Shown: piece by piece, positions 21,328-31,308 of the stretch
Layout of the letters: every line of letters starts with the position of its first letter
Numbering within the stretch: position 1 is the stretch's first letter
Source of the DNA: a candidate division WOR-3 bacterium
GTDB taxonomy: Bacteria > Hydrothermota > Tepidihabitantia > Tepidihabitantales > Tepidihabitantaceae
Direction: 5' to 3'
NCBI GenBank assembly: GCA_965648905.1
Contig: CBFGIT010000014.1
Location: forward strand, 14,066 to 78,065
DNA length: 64,000 nt
Notes under the pieces: generated by a model
Seen by the model: the letters and a program-made list of their open reading frames with translations, nothing else
Told to the model about the DNA's origin: nothing
The model's database searches: none
Translations under genes and position numbers: made by a program

Positions 21328-22597
21328 TCTGGTCGGGGTCGCGCTGGTTTTCCTGTCGGCGATTGATTTCAGCGTGGACTGGGCCGCGTTCCGGGCCGGA
21401 CCGGAGTCGAGTCGAGTTGAGTTCTTCTACGGGATTCCGTATGACCAGTTGTTGTACACACAGACCGACTCGGGAATCAACGCCCGGTTTGCTGTGCAGA
21501 TGGAGCTGAGCGGTATCGGCACGAGTTTCCGGGAACAGGGGACCATCAGGAAGCGGGCACGGCTGACCTCGTTCCGGGAGGCCGAGCGGGTGCGGCGGTC
21601 TTTCGTGGACGGGTTCAGCGTGGTTGCGCCGCCAGGCCGGTACCGGTTCCGTATCGCTGTTGCCGAGTCAACGGCCAGTGGGGTGAACCAGGGCATGCGT
21701 GAGGACAGCATCGAGGTTCCCGGGTTTGCCGGCGGCCTGACTTTGAGTTCGTTGCAGCTCGGAGCGAGTCTGACGACCGACACGGTAACGGGTGCCGTTT
21801 CGGTGATTCCGAGTCCGGGTCTCAGGTTCGGTATCGGCGGCAACGACGCAGTCTACGTCTATTTCGAAGGCTATGGTCTGAGCCTGGACACGAACCAGTA
21901 TCGGATTGACGTCGCCGTGCTGAGGCCCGGGTCGGATGACACACTGGTGCGGGGCGGGCCGCTGTTCCGTCCCAAGGCCGGGGCTGACGTCGCCACCGCC
22001 CTGGGCGTCAGCCTGGAGGCGGTCGGGCCGGGGCCGTGCGTGCTGGCGCTTTCTTTGGCCGACCTTGCCACTGGACAGCGCGTTGGCGGAACGAAACGTT
22101 TTGTCGTCGGCGAGGGGGCGGCCGGCCCGGGGTTCCGCGTCAGTCTTGACAGTTTGACCGGGCGCGAGCGACGGTACTATCGCGAGGTCGAATTCATTGC
22201 GACACCCGGGGAGCTTAAGTACTATGCGGCGCTGTCGGATTCGGGCAAAGAGGCGTGGCTGGCCCGGTTCTGGGCCCGGCACAATCTGACCGAGTATGCC
22301 CGGAGGATGGAGACAGCAGAAGAGCGATACCGGCGTCAGCGGACGCCGGGCGTGAAGACCGACCGGGGGCGGGTTTACGTCAAGTACGGCGAACCTGATG
22401 CGGTCGAGCAGAAGGTCATCGAGACCGACGCCCGGTCGCGCGAGTACTGGCACTACTACGGGACCGGGTACACGTTCGTGTTCATCGATATCCGGGGCGA
22501 CGGCGACTTCCGTCTTGCCTGGACAAACAGCAAAGATGAACCGCGAACCGGCCTTGAGGACTACCTGCTGCCGGCCGAGCAGGAGCAGTTTCGGTGA
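21317..22597 (+). CDS. GWxTD domain-containing protein (second paralog)
   Basis: RFW...GVKTDRGRVYVKYGEPD...EYWHY...FVFID. Confidence 0.85.
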   Translation: MTCSLVGVALVFLSAIDFSVDWAAFRAGPESSRVEFFYGIPYDQLLYTQTDSGINARFAVQMELSGIGTSFREQGTIRKRARLTSFREAERVRRSFVDGFSVVAPPGRYRFRIAVAESTASGVNQGMREDSIEVPGFAGGLTLSSLQLGASLTTDTVTGAVSVIPSPGLRFGIGGNDAVYVYFEGYGLSLDTNQYRIDVAVLRPGSDDTLVRGGPLFRPKAGADVATALGVSLEAVGPGPCVLALSLADLATGQRVGGTKRFVVGEGAAGPGFRVSLDSLTGRERRYYREVEFIATPGELKYYAALSDSGKEAWLARFWARHNLTEYARRMETAEERYRRQRTPGVKTDRGRVYVKYGEPDAVEQKVIETDARSREYWHYYGTGYTFVFIDIRGDGDFRLAWTNSKDEPRTGLEDYLLPAEQEQFR

Positions 22598-22621
22598 ACG
22601 GCCAGCGATGAGCGACGAGAG

Positions 22622-23443
22622 ATGAGTGCGGCAGAACGGGTGGCGCGGGTTGAGTTTCACCCGCTCAAAGTCGAGCCCTGCTTCGTCCCTGACGGGATGG
22701 AACTCGACGTGGGTGAAATGGTGGTTGTCCGGGATGATGACGGGGAAGACGCCGGGTTCGTGGTTGGTCTGACCGACACGGACGAGGGGCAGCACCGAAT
22801 TCTGCGTCGAGCCAGTGATGAGGAACGTCTGCGCCGGCGTGAGCTTGAGCGCGAGGACGAACGTGCTGCTGCGGCGCTTGAGCAGGTCGGGTCGGAGCTG
22901 GCGATGGATCTGCGAGTGATCGGTGCACACTGGCGTTTTGATCGACGAAAGGTCTTCCTGTATTTTGCGTCCGAAGCACGGATTGACGTCCGGCATCTGC
23001 AGCGGGCGGCTGCCGCGGCAATCGGAGCCCGGGTAGCACTGAGGCAGGTCGGGGTCAGAGACCATGCGCGGCTGCTAGGCGGGCTGGGGAGCTGCGGCCG
23101 TGAGGTGTGTTGTCGTCGGTTCATCCGCGAGCTGAAGCCGATTGCCCTGCGGATGGCACGGCAGCAGAGTCTTTTTGTTGAGTCGGGCAAGATCTCCGGG
23201 TTGTGCGGGAAGTTGCTGTGCTGTTTGGGATTCGAGGATGAGGCGTACCAGGAGTGGCTGAAGGAGATGCCCAGAGTGGGCGATACGGTGCTCACCGGCC
23301 GAGGGCCGTGCGTGGTCGTCGGGGTGGATACGGCCAAGCGCCGGCTGAATCTGAAGGACGCAAGTGGCGCTGATGAGACGGTTGCGCTGGAGGAACTGGG
23401 CCGGGAGAGGGGACAGAGCGCGCAGGGCGCAGACCGAGGTTAG
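22622..23443 (+). CDS. PSP1 C-terminal domain protein (RicT/YaaT-like Fe-S regulatory subunit)
   Basis: RQVGVRD-x-A-x-x-x-GGLG-x-CGREVCC...KISGLCGKLLCCL-x-FE. Confidence 0.9.
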   Translation: MSAAERVARVEFHPLKVEPCFVPDGMELDVGEMVVVRDDDGEDAGFVVGLTDTDEGQHRILRRASDEERLRRRELEREDERAAAALEQVGSELAMDLRVIGAHWRFDRRKVFLYFASEARIDVRHLQRAAAAAIGARVALRQVGVRDHARLLGGLGSCGREVCCRRFIRELKPIALRMARQQSLFVESGKISGLCGKLLCCLGFEDEAYQEWLKEMPRVGDTVLTGRGPCVVVGVDTAKRRLNLKDASGADETVALEELGRERGQSAQGADRG

Positions 23444-23465
23444 AACGCAGGTGTCGAGATGCAAG

Positions 23466-24755
23466 ATGTACGAGAGCGAGAGGCGAGCGGTGAGCGGCGT
23501 GACTGAGCAGGTGGCACTGCGAGAGCGGATTGACGCGACACTGCTGGAACGAATGGTTGAACAGGGCAAGGTCGTGTTGCTTGGTTCGCGCAGGCATGGC
23601 ATCGCGCCGGTGGCGGTGGGAAAGGGAACCAGAGTGAAGGTCAACGCCAATATCGGAACGTCACCTGACGTTGGCGACCTGGCACAGGAGCTTGCCAAGT
23701 TGAAGGTTGCGGTCGAGGCAGGGGCGGATGCGGTTATGGACCTGTCCGTAGGCCCGGACACGGATGAGGTGAGGCGGGCAGTGATTGCCGAAGCGAAGGT
23801 TCCGGTCGGCACCGTGCCGATCTACCAGGTTGCGCTCGACAGCCGGAAACAAGGCCGGTCGTTTGTCGAGACGAGCCGACGTGAGGTCCTGGCGGGCGTG
23901 GAGAAGCACCTGGCTGACGGCGTTGATTTCATCACGGTCCATTGCGGCATCAACCTGAGGAACGTTCCGGCATTGGCTCGGGCCGGACGACTGTGTGGCG
24001 TGGTCAGTCGCGGCGGCTCGATGACCATTGAGTGGATGCGGCATAATCGGCAGGAGAACCCATTGTACGAGTGCTATGACGAGGTCCTGGCAATGGCCCG
24101 GGAGTACGGGGCAGCCTTGTCGCTCGGTGACGGACTGAGACCCGGCGCGCTGGCCGACGCTACCGACGAAGCTCAGATTGCCGAGCTTCTGACCATCGGC
24201 GAACTGGTGATGCGGGCGCGTGATGCAGGCGTGGCGGCGATTGTCGAGGGGCCGGGGCACGTGCCGCTTGACCAGATTGAGGCGAACGTCGTGCTTGAGA
24301 AGCGGGTCTGCGACGAGGCACCGTTCTATCTGCTCGGTCCGCTGGTCACCGACGTGGCCTGCGGCTACGACCACATCAGCGGTGCAATCGGCGGCGCCCT
24401 GGCTGCGTTCTATGGCGCCGATTTCCTCTGTTACGTCACGCCGACCGAGCATCTTGCGCTACCCGGGGTCGCCGACGTGCGGGCCGGTGTTATCGCATCG
24501 CGGATCGCGGCCCACGCCGCCGACGTTGCCCGGCGTCATCCGGGTGCGCTCGACTGGGACCGTCGGGTGTCGGCGGCACGGGCAGCACTGGACTGGGACG
24601 CGATGATCGCCGGTTCGATTGACCCGGCGCGTGCCCGAGAGGTGTTTGGCGCAGCCCGCTCGCGCACTGAAGGGGCCTGCACGATGTGCGGTGAATTCTG
24701 CGCGATTAGAAGAATGAAGACCGACAAGACAAGACAGGAGCAAACTGATGGTTAA
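23466..24755 (+). CDS. thiC: Phosphomethylpyrimidine synthase ThiC (short form; a BzaA/B/F-type paralog is not excluded)
   Basis: KVNANIGTS, GADAVMDLS, GTVPIYQ, VSRGGS, SLGDGLRPG, EGPGHVP, GYDHI, CTMCGEFC. Start uncertain. Confidence 0.9.
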   Translation: MYESERRAVSGVTEQVALRERIDATLLERMVEQGKVVLLGSRRHGIAPVAVGKGTRVKVNANIGTSPDVGDLAQELAKLKVAVEAGADAVMDLSVGPDTDEVRRAVIAEAKVPVGTVPIYQVALDSRKQGRSFVETSRREVLAGVEKHLADGVDFITVHCGINLRNVPALARAGRLCGVVSRGGSMTIEWMRHNRQENPLYECYDEVLAMAREYGAALSLGDGLRPGALADATDEAQIAELLTIGELVMRARDAGVAAIVEGPGHVPLDQIEANVVLEKRVCDEAPFYLLGPLVTDVACGYDHISGAIGGALAAFYGADFLCYVTPTEHLALPGVADVRAGVIASRIAAHAADVARRHPGALDWDRRVSAARAALDWDAMIAGSIDPARAREVFGAARSRTEGACTMCGEFCAIRRMKTDKTRQEQTDG

Positions 24756-25845
24756 GCCGAAGTACCGACTGCATACACCCGGACCGGTTGACGTGCCCGC
24801 CCCGGTCCTCAACGAGATGGCAAGCGCACTGGTCTATCATCGTGAAGCATCGTTCACCACGATTTTCGAATCAGTGACCCGGGGGCTGCAGAAGATGCTG
24901 CTGACCAAGAGCGAGGTGCACGTGCTGACCGCATCAGGCACCGGTGCGATGGAAGCGGCAGTGTGTAATCTCGTGAGTCCGGGCGACAAGGTTGTGGTTG
25001 TGACTGCCGGTAAATTCGGCGAGCGGTGGCGCGAGCTGAGCCTGCGCTGGGGAGCGTTTGTCGACGAGATCAACCAACCCTACGGGCGTTCGGTCGCACC
25101 CGAGGAGCTCGAACGCAAGCTCCGTGCTAACGAGTCGGCCCGGGTTGTTCTGACGACCTTGACTGAGACCTCGACCGGCGCGTTGAGTGATGTGAAGGCC
25201 TACGGCGATGTGTGCCACCGGTTGAACCGCGTCCTGGTGGTTGATGCGATTGCCGGTCTGGCCGCAGACGAGCTGCGGATGGACGAATGGCACATCGACG
25301 TGGTCGTCGGCGGGAGCCAGAAGGGCCCGGCCGTGCCGCCGGGGCTGTCGTTCATCGCCGTCAGCCCGCGGGCGGCAGAGGTTGTGGACCGGGCCAAAGG
25401 GCCGAGGTTCTACTTTGACCTGCGGACTTCGCGACGCTTCAAGGAGAAAGGTCAGACGCCGTGGACACCGGCAATATCCATCTTCTATGCTCTTGACTGC
25501 GCACTCAAGCGCCTGCACAAGGCCGGCATGGCGCGCTGCTGGAAAGAACACAAGGCCGCTGCCGATCTGGTCAGGGGCAAGGTCGCTGAGCTTGGTCTGA
25601 CCCTGTTTCCAGAGCGTCCATCAAACGCCCTGACCGTGATACGCATGCCCGAGGGCGTTGACGGCACCAAGGTTGTCGAGTACTGCAAGAAGCGGGACAA
25701 GATTCTTCTGGCCAACGGCCAGGCAGAGATGCGCGGCAAGGTCGTCCGAATCGGGCACATGGGTCCGGTCAAGCCGGCTGAGCTGTCCCGAGTCTTTGAT
25801 GCCTTCAAGAGGGCCTACCGCGCAACCGCTGGTCGCGCGAAGTAA
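24748..25845 (+). CDS. Class V PLP aminotransferase (alanine-glyoxylate/serine-pyruvate family)
   Basis: TPGP, SGTGAMEAA, GKFGERW, ETSTG, VDAI, GSQKG-x-x-x-PPGL, RIGHMG. Confidence 0.93.
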   Translation: MVKPKYRLHTPGPVDVPAPVLNEMASALVYHREASFTTIFESVTRGLQKMLLTKSEVHVLTASGTGAMEAAVCNLVSPGDKVVVVTAGKFGERWRELSLRWGAFVDEINQPYGRSVAPEELERKLRANESARVVLTTLTETSTGALSDVKAYGDVCHRLNRVLVVDAIAGLAADELRMDEWHIDVVVGGSQKGPAVPPGLSFIAVSPRAAEVVDRAKGPRFYFDLRTSRRFKEKGQTPWTPAISIFYALDCALKRLHKAGMARCWKEHKAAADLVRGKVAELGLTLFPERPSNALTVIRMPEGVDGTKVVEYCKKRDKILLANGQAEMRGKVVRIGHMGPVKPAELSRVFDAFKRAYRATAGRAK

Positions 25846-25960
25846 AGCTCGCTCAGCCAAGAGGTTGGCCGATTTCGGTCCACTCAGTCCGAAGTTGTCG
25901 CAGTTGCTGGCTGTAAGTCTAACTCGTTGCTCGTCAGTATGTTAGTGTGGTCTAGCTATT

Positions 25961-25976
25961 CGGCACGGGTTGTGCA
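25961..25976 (+). promoter_or_regulatory. Putative sigma54 (-24/-12) promoter with an upstream IHF-like site at 25920-25944
   Basis: CGGCACG-GGTT-GTGCA versus consensus TGGCACG-N4-TTGCW; upstream TAACTCGTTG-N5-CAGTATGTTA. Confidence 0.5.
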
Positions 25977-25998
25977 GAATGGAAGCTGGGAGAATAAC

Positions 25999-26184
25999 AT
26001 GCGATTGCCACCTCTGCGTCTTTCGGCCGTGTTTGCTGGTGGGCTGGCCCTGATACTGCTTGGCATGGCAGCGAGCCTCAGTCTCAGGCCAGGAGAAGCG
26101 GTTGTGCCGCTTTTCTCAGTAGTCGGTACGCTGGTGATGATGACCGCGGGCGGTCCGGGCCGCGGGCCTGGAGTCCCGCACTGA
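25999..26184 (+). CDS. Small (61-aa) two-helix membrane protein
   Basis: ATG with GGGAG SD downstream of the sigma54-like promoter; two hydrophobic stretches. Confidence 0.5.
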   Translation: MRLPPLRLSAVFAGGLALILLGMAASLSLRPGEAVVPLFSVVGTLVMMTAGGPGRGPGVPH

Positions 26185-26185
26185 A

Positions 26186-26785
26186 CTAGCCCCCTTCCTC
26201 ACCCGGCAGCCGGAACCGCACCATCTTGCGCAAGAAGACCGTCACGTAGTTGACGAACGATACCACAATCAAGAGCCCGACCGAGTAGTCAACCAGCGAC
26301 TTATAGCGGAGCAGCGCCGGCAATTCAAGCGTATAGTAGACAATCGTCAGGGCGAAGGCGGTGCCGGTAATCTTGCCGAGGACATCCGAGGAGACGAAGG
26401 AACCTCTTGTCTTCATGATGACTACACTGCCGGCGAGGATAAGGAGGTCGCGGAGAATAACGGCCGCGGCGAGGGCGATGGGCAGGTCCCGGACATACAC
26501 CAGGCAGACCAGTACCGTGCCGACCCAGACTTTGTCCACCAGGTGGTCGAGTACGCGGCCGAGGTTCGAGACCTGGTCAAGGCGTCGCGCAAGCCAGCCG
26601 TCGAGTGCGTCGGTAATCCAGGACAGGCCCATCACCGCGACGGCAACCACGCCCTGGCGACGGAAAATGAGCAGCAGGACGATGGGCAGCAGCAGAATCC
26701 GCGAGAGGCTGAGGAGGTTGGGGACGGTGATGAGTCGGGCCGCGCCCGAGGGTTGGCTGCGGCTCGGCTCGACCGGGCTGGTCAT
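26186..26785 (-). CDS. CDP-alcohol phosphatidyltransferase (PgsA/cardiolipin synthase-like)
   Basis: TVPNLLSLSR, TDALDGWLARR...G-x-x-LD-x-x-x-DK. Confidence 0.92.
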   Translation of the reverse strand: MTSPVEPSRSQPSGAARLITVPNLLSLSRILLLPIVLLLIFRRQGVVAVAVMGLSWITDALDGWLARRLDQVSNLGRVLDHLVDKVWVGTVLVCLVYVRDLPIALAAAVILRDLLILAGSVVIMKTRGSFVSSDVLGKITGTAFALTIVYYTLELPALLRYKSLVDYSVGLLIVVSFVNYVTVFLRKMVRFRLPGEEGG

Positions 26786-28464
26786 GACCGGCGTTCTCTG
26801 AGCATTTCGCGGGCGTGAGCCAGGGTGGCGCGGGTGACCGTTGCTCCACCGGCCATGCGCGCCAGTTCGAGCACGCGCGATTCGTCATCGAGTTCGCGCA
26901 CCTGAGTTCGGGTGCGCCCGGCTCGAGTTGTCTTCTCGACCAGGAAATGTCGGGATGCGTAGCGGGCAATCTGGGGGAGGTGGGTGATGCAGATGACCTG
27001 GTGGGTCTGGCTGAGTCGGGCGAGTCTTGAGCCAACCGCGTCGGCAATACGACCGCCGATGCCGGTGTCGAGTTCGTCGAAGACAAGGGTGGGTACCGGG
27101 TCGGCGTTGGTGAGGACGGTCTTGAGCGCAAGCATGATGCGCGACAACTCCCCGCCCGAAGCGACCTTGCGCAGGGGGCGCGGTTCTTCTCCGGGGTTTG
27201 CCGAGAAGAGGAACTCGGCTGTGTCCCAGCCCCGTTCGGTCAGCGCAGGAGCGGCCTGGTCGTCAGATCCGGACTGGATATTCATAAGCAGCTTCGCGGA
27301 AGCAAGCCCGACCGCGGCGAGTTCTTCGTGGGTCTGGGATTCGAGTCGGGAGCGGCTGCGCAGGCGCTGGCGCGAGAGTCTGCGGGCACGGGCAAACAGG
27401 TCGGTCTGGAGTTCCTCGACCTGAGCAGCGATGGTCTGGCGGCGGTCGCTGTCAGTGGCGAGGGTGTCGAGTTCGGCCCGGAGTCGCTGAGCAAGCGCCG
27501 GGAGTTCAGCCGCACTGACGCCGTACTTGCGTTCGAGCTTCGCAATCTGGAATAGACGCGCGTTGACTTCGTCAAGGCGCTGGGCCGAGTAGTCGAGTGT
27601 TTCACAATAGGCTGCGAGCTGGCGGGAGGTGTCGTTGATGGTCTCCCGGGCCTGGGTAAGACGGGCGCAGTGCTCGGTGAGGCGTTCGTCAATGCGACAG
27701 AGCTGGGTGAGGGCCTTTTCCGCCGCGGCGGTGAGGTCGTGCGCCGAGACCTCGCCCTCGGTGAGAAGCTGTCCGATTTCGTGGGCCAGGGCGTGGCGGC
27801 GTTCGGCAGTTTCGAGTAGCTTGCGTTCCTGCTCGAGCGCGGTTGGTTCCTCGGGGTTGACCGCGGCGTCAGAGAGTTCTCTTGCCTGGAACTCGGTCAG
27901 TTCGCGGCGTCGCCGACGTTCGGCCAGTTCCTGGTCAAGTTCAGCGAGCTCGGCCCGGAGTCGTTCACAGACGCGGAATCGTTCACTGAACTGGTTACGT
28001 TCCTCGGTAAGGCCGGCATAGGCGTCGAGGATGTCGAGGTGGACGTCGGGTTTGAGCAGGTACTGGTGCTGGTGCTGGCCGTGCAGGTCAACCAGTTGGT
28101 CGCCCAAGTGTTCAATGGTGGTGAGGGTGAGACTTGAGTCATTGGCGTAGCACGCACCTCGACCGGCTCGCTCGACCCGGCGCTTGAGAATCAGTTCCGG
28201 CTCGTCTTTGATGTCGATGCCAAGGGAACGGCAGTACTCAACCACTTCCGGGCTGAGGGTGATTCGTGCTTCAATCTGGGCCGAGTCGGCGCCGGTCCTG
28301 ATTGTGTCGGGGTCAGAACGTCCGCCCAGCAGCAGCGAGAGCGCACCGACGACGATCGACTTGCCGGCACCGGTCTCACCGGTCAGGACCGTCAGCCCTG
28401 GGCCGAACGCGAGCCGCAGCGACTCAATGAGCGCGAAGTCTCTGATGCTCAGTTCGGTCAGCAT
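26782..28464 (-). CDS. recN: DNA repair protein RecN
   Basis: LTGETGAGKS, DLHGQHQHQ, ASGGELSRIMLALK, FDELDTGIGG, ITHLPQIA. Confidence 0.97.
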   Translation of the reverse strand: MLTELSIRDFALIESLRLAFGPGLTVLTGETGAGKSIVVGALSLLLGGRSDPDTIRTGADSAQIEARITLSPEVVEYCRSLGIDIKDEPELILKRRVERAGRGACYANDSSLTLTTIEHLGDQLVDLHGQHQHQYLLKPDVHLDILDAYAGLTEERNQFSERFRVCERLRAELAELDQELAERRRRRELTEFQARELSDAAVNPEEPTALEQERKLLETAERRHALAHEIGQLLTEGEVSAHDLTAAAEKALTQLCRIDERLTEHCARLTQARETINDTSRQLAAYCETLDYSAQRLDEVNARLFQIAKLERKYGVSAAELPALAQRLRAELDTLATDSDRRQTIAAQVEELQTDLFARARRLSRQRLRSRSRLESQTHEELAAVGLASAKLLMNIQSGSDDQAAPALTERGWDTAEFLFSANPGEEPRPLRKVASGGELSRIMLALKTVLTNADPVPTLVFDELDTGIGGRIADAVGSRLARLSQTHQVICITHLPQIARYASRHFLVEKTTRAGRTRTQVRELDDESRVLELARMAGGATVTRATLAHAREMLRERRS

Positions 28465-28466
28465 GG

Positions 28467-29276
28467 CTAGCGGCGGCTCCCGGTCCAGTTCAGTTTCTCG
28501 CGCATGATGCGAAAGAAATCCTTCCGCCGCGGAACCACGAGCCGGACCGTGAAACCGGCACGGGTGAGCAGGACCCGGTGTCCGGGTTTGACGCGCCAGC
28601 GTTCCTGGCCGTCGAGGTTGAGAATCGCGCAGTCGGAGCGCGGGCTGAGCTCGAGCTCGACCCGGGTGTCGGCGGGCAGGAGCAACGGCCGGGCACCAAG
28701 CGCATGGGGCGAGAGCGGAGTCAAGAGAATCGCTTCCATCGTCGGCAGGACAACCGGTCCGCCGGCAGCCAGCGAGTACGCGGTTGAACCGGTGGGCGTG
28801 GCGATGACGACGCCATCGCCGACGAACTTGGTCACGAACATGCCGTCAGCCCAGGCCGTGATGTCAATGACGCGGTTGTCCGGACCCATGTTGACGGCGC
28901 AGTCGTTCAGGCAGTATCCGGTTCGGCGCCCGTAGCGGCAACGCAACAGCATGCGTTGGGTCTCGGCATGGCGGGACCGGGCAAAGTCGCGGACGCCGGC
29001 ACGGGCCTCACGGACTGAGAACAGGGTCAGAAACCCGAGCCCGCCCATGTTTACCCCCATGATGGGTACGGACCGACCCCGGACCAATCGGACGGCACGG
29101 AGCAGAGTGCCGTCACCACCCAGGGCCATGACGAGGTCGCATGAAGGGCTGACTGATTGCGCCCGGCGGCCGAGCACTGTCGGATGGTGGCCCAGGGTCT
29201 TGAGCCAGCCTGTGAACTCGGGTACGAACCTCGCGGCCGGCGGCTTGTTCTGGTTGACGACAAGGGCGATTCTCAT
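28467..29276 (-). CDS. nadK: NAD kinase
   Basis: GGDGTLL, GLGFL, LND, DG-x-x-x-ATPTGSTAYSLAAGGP. Confidence 0.96.
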   Translation of the reverse strand: MRIALVVNQNKPPAARFVPEFTGWLKTLGHHPTVLGRRAQSVSPSCDLVMALGGDGTLLRAVRLVRGRSVPIMGVNMGGLGFLTLFSVREARAGVRDFARSRHAETQRMLLRCRYGRRTGYCLNDCAVNMGPDNRVIDITAWADGMFVTKFVGDGVVIATPTGSTAYSLAAGGPVVLPTMEAILLTPLSPHALGARPLLLPADTRVELELSPRSDCAILNLDGQERWRVKPGHRVLLTRAGFTVRLVVPRRKDFFRIMREKLNWTGSRR

Positions 29277-30148
29277 GCGGTGTGCTCCAGTTGAAGGAAT
29301 CCGTAGCGGACTCGCCCGGCAAGGTCGCGTTCGATTTCGACGGCGGGCGACGAGCGGCGCAGGAAACGGCCGTGCGTCGAGTCGACTTCGAGCGCCAGCA
29401 GACCACCCGGGGCGAGGAGTGCAGGACCATGGTCGAGCAGCATCCTGACAATACTAGTGCCTTCTGGCCCGCCATCAAGGGCGAGAGCGGGCTCGTGTTC
29501 GCGAACCCGAGGCCCGAGTCGGGCAAGCCGGCTGCTGGGAATGTAGGGCGGATTGGAGATGAGCAGGTCGATTCGGCTCCGATAGCGGGCAAAGAGCTGA
29601 CCGGTCAGGGAGGCTGTCCGGACAAACCGGATGCGGGACAGGACCCGGAGCCGCCGGGCATTGTGCCGCGCAACCACGAGCGCTCTGGCTGAGCAGTCCG
29701 CGGCCAGTACCCTCATGCCTGGCCACAACCGGCAGAGCGCGATGGCGATGCAGCCCGAACCCGTGCCGAAGTCAAGGGCCAGCAGTCTGGAGCCCGGCCG
29801 GGTGCTTCTTCGTCGACGCAGTCGGTCGATCGCACGCACGACCAGTTCCTCGGTCTCAGGACGTGGAATCAGAACATGGCGGTTCACAGCCAATTCGAAG
29901 TCGAGGAAGGGGGCCTTGCCGCAGGCGTACTGCACCGGCTCGCCACGCCTGACCTTCGTCACGCACTCTCGGAAACGGGACCGGAGTCCGGCCGGTACCA
30001 TGGCGTTCTCGTACAGCACGTGCCGGGTCACGCCGAGCAGGCTCATCAGCAGGAACTCGGCATCAGGGCGTGCTATTGTCCGGCTGGCTGCGCAGAGGAG
30101 GTCTGATACTCGGACCGAAGCGCCGCGAGAGCGGGTCACCGCACTCAA
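29273..30148 (-). CDS. prmC: Release factor glutamine methyltransferase
   Basis: GEPVQY, VLIPRPETE, DFGTGSGCIA, SNPPYI, ALDGG; follows prfA with a GTGA overlap. Confidence 0.96.
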   Translation of the reverse strand: MSAVTRSRGASVRVSDLLCAASRTIARPDAEFLLMSLLGVTRHVLYENAMVPAGLRSRFRECVTKVRRGEPVQYACGKAPFLDFELAVNRHVLIPRPETEELVVRAIDRLRRRRSTRPGSRLLALDFGTGSGCIAIALCRLWPGMRVLAADCSARALVVARHNARRLRVLSRIRFVRTASLTGQLFARYRSRIDLLISNPPYIPSSRLARLGPRVREHEPALALDGGPEGTSIVRMLLDHGPALLAPGGLLALEVDSTHGRFLRRSSPAVEIERDLAGRVRYGFLQLEHTA

Positions 30149-31221
30149 GTCTGGAGCTCGGCCTCGGCCTGCTCCAGTGCTGCGAACAGCTCGTCCAGTT
30201 TGCCGTCCATGACCGACGTGAGGTCGTGCACGGAGAAGCCGATGCGGTGGTCGGTCACCCGGTTCTGCGGAAAGTTGTAGGTACGGATTTTCTCACTCCG
30301 GTCGCCCGAGCCAATCTGGCGGCGCCGCGTCGAGTCGGTCTTGTTCCGCTCGGCTTCGCGCTGGGCTGCCAGCAGCCGGGCAGCAAGGACCTTCATCGCC
30401 TTGGCCTTGTTGCGGCCTTGAGACCGCTCGTCCTGACACTGAACCGTGATGCCGGTGGGCAGGTGGGTGATGCGAACCGCGGAGTCGGTCACGTTGACGT
30501 GCTGGCCGCCGTGACCACCGGCCCGGAAGACATCAATCCGCAGGTCGTCAGGGTTGATTCTCAGCTCGACCTCTTCGGGCTGGAGCAGGACTGCCACTGT
30601 GACGGTTGACGTGTGAATCCGACCCGAGGCCTCGGTCGCGGGGACGCGCTGCACCCGGTGGACGCCGCTCTCGAACCGGAAGAAACGGTATGGTTCGTCG
30701 CCTTCGACCGCAAAGATGACTTCCTTGTAGCCCTTCAGTTCACTCGGGCGCGAGTCCATTACTTCGACCTTCAGGTCGTGTTCCTCGGCAAACCGTGAAT
30801 ACATCCGAAACAGCTCGCCGGCAAACAGCGCCGACTCCTGGCCGCCGGCCGCGGCCCGGATTTCGACGATGCAGCTCTTATCCCAATCCGGGGAGCGGGG
30901 CCGGAGAGCTTCTTCGAGTCGCGCGGCCAGTTGCTCGAGTTTCCGGTTCAACTCGGCCAGTTCCTGTTCGGCCAGAGCCTTGAGCTCAGAGTCGTCGGCC
31001 GCGGCGAGCATTTCGGCCGCACCAGTTGCCTCCCGTTCAAGCTGCTCGTACTGCTCAAGCAGCGTGATGCTGGCGTGGAGGTGACGATAATCGCGCGTCA
31101 CCTGCTTGAGCCGGGCGACGTCAGCCGTCACTTTGGGGTCGGACAACTGGGACTCGAGCTCGGACAGTTGCTTGAGCAGGGGCTCGAACCGTCGGCGGAA
31201 AGCGTCGGCAGGTATGGGCAT
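30145..31221 (-). CDS. prfA: Peptide chain release factor 1
   Basis: RF1-specific PxT motif (QRVPATE), GGQ motif, RTYNFPQNRVTDHR. No SD before ATG 31221 (see finding). Confidence 0.97.
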   Translation of the reverse strand: MPIPADAFRRRFEPLLKQLSELESQLSDPKVTADVARLKQVTRDYRHLHASITLLEQYEQLEREATGAAEMLAAADDSELKALAEQELAELNRKLEQLAARLEEALRPRSPDWDKSCIVEIRAAAGGQESALFAGELFRMYSRFAEEHDLKVEVMDSRPSELKGYKEVIFAVEGDEPYRFFRFESGVHRVQRVPATEASGRIHTSTVTVAVLLQPEEVELRINPDDLRIDVFRAGGHGGQHVNVTDSAVRITHLPTGITVQCQDERSQGRNKAKAMKVLAARLLAAQREAERNKTDSTRRRQIGSGDRSEKIRTYNFPQNRVTDHRIGFSVHDLTSVMDGKLDELFAALEQAEAELQT

Positions 31222-31245
31222 CAGTGGTTCGGTTGCGCGACCAGG

Positions 31246-31308
31246 CTAGTGGAACGAAGAACGCGGTCGGGAAGACAGGCAGGTCCGGCAGGCAGCAACG
31301 ATGAGCAC
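31246..31308 (-). CDS. Candidate leaderless upstream ORF (20 aa + UAG), in frame with prfA
   Basis: GTG 5 nt after the -10 box of TTGACT-N16-CATAAT; MLIVAACRTCLSSRPRSSFH-TAG; 8 further sense codons lead in frame into the prfA ATG. Confidence 0.5.
   Translation of the reverse strand: MLIVAACRTCLSSRPRSSFH

Noticed and set aside
22595..22624. The GWxTD gene's TGA is in frame with the downstream PSP1 gene (possible Sec readthrough)
   Set aside because: No hairpin after the TGA, both proteins look complete, and a secreted/cytoplasmic fusion is implausible.
21668..23065. Long antisense ORFs (also 8447-9475, 15237-16340, 20179-21234, 34330-35397, 38408-39547, 49962-51254)
   Set aside because: Shadows of well-supported genes in GC-rich DNA, with no recognisable motifs.
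23400..23466. TPP riboswitch upstream of thiC
   Set aside because: Only about 20 nt of intergenic space and no CUGAGA/AUACC motifs.
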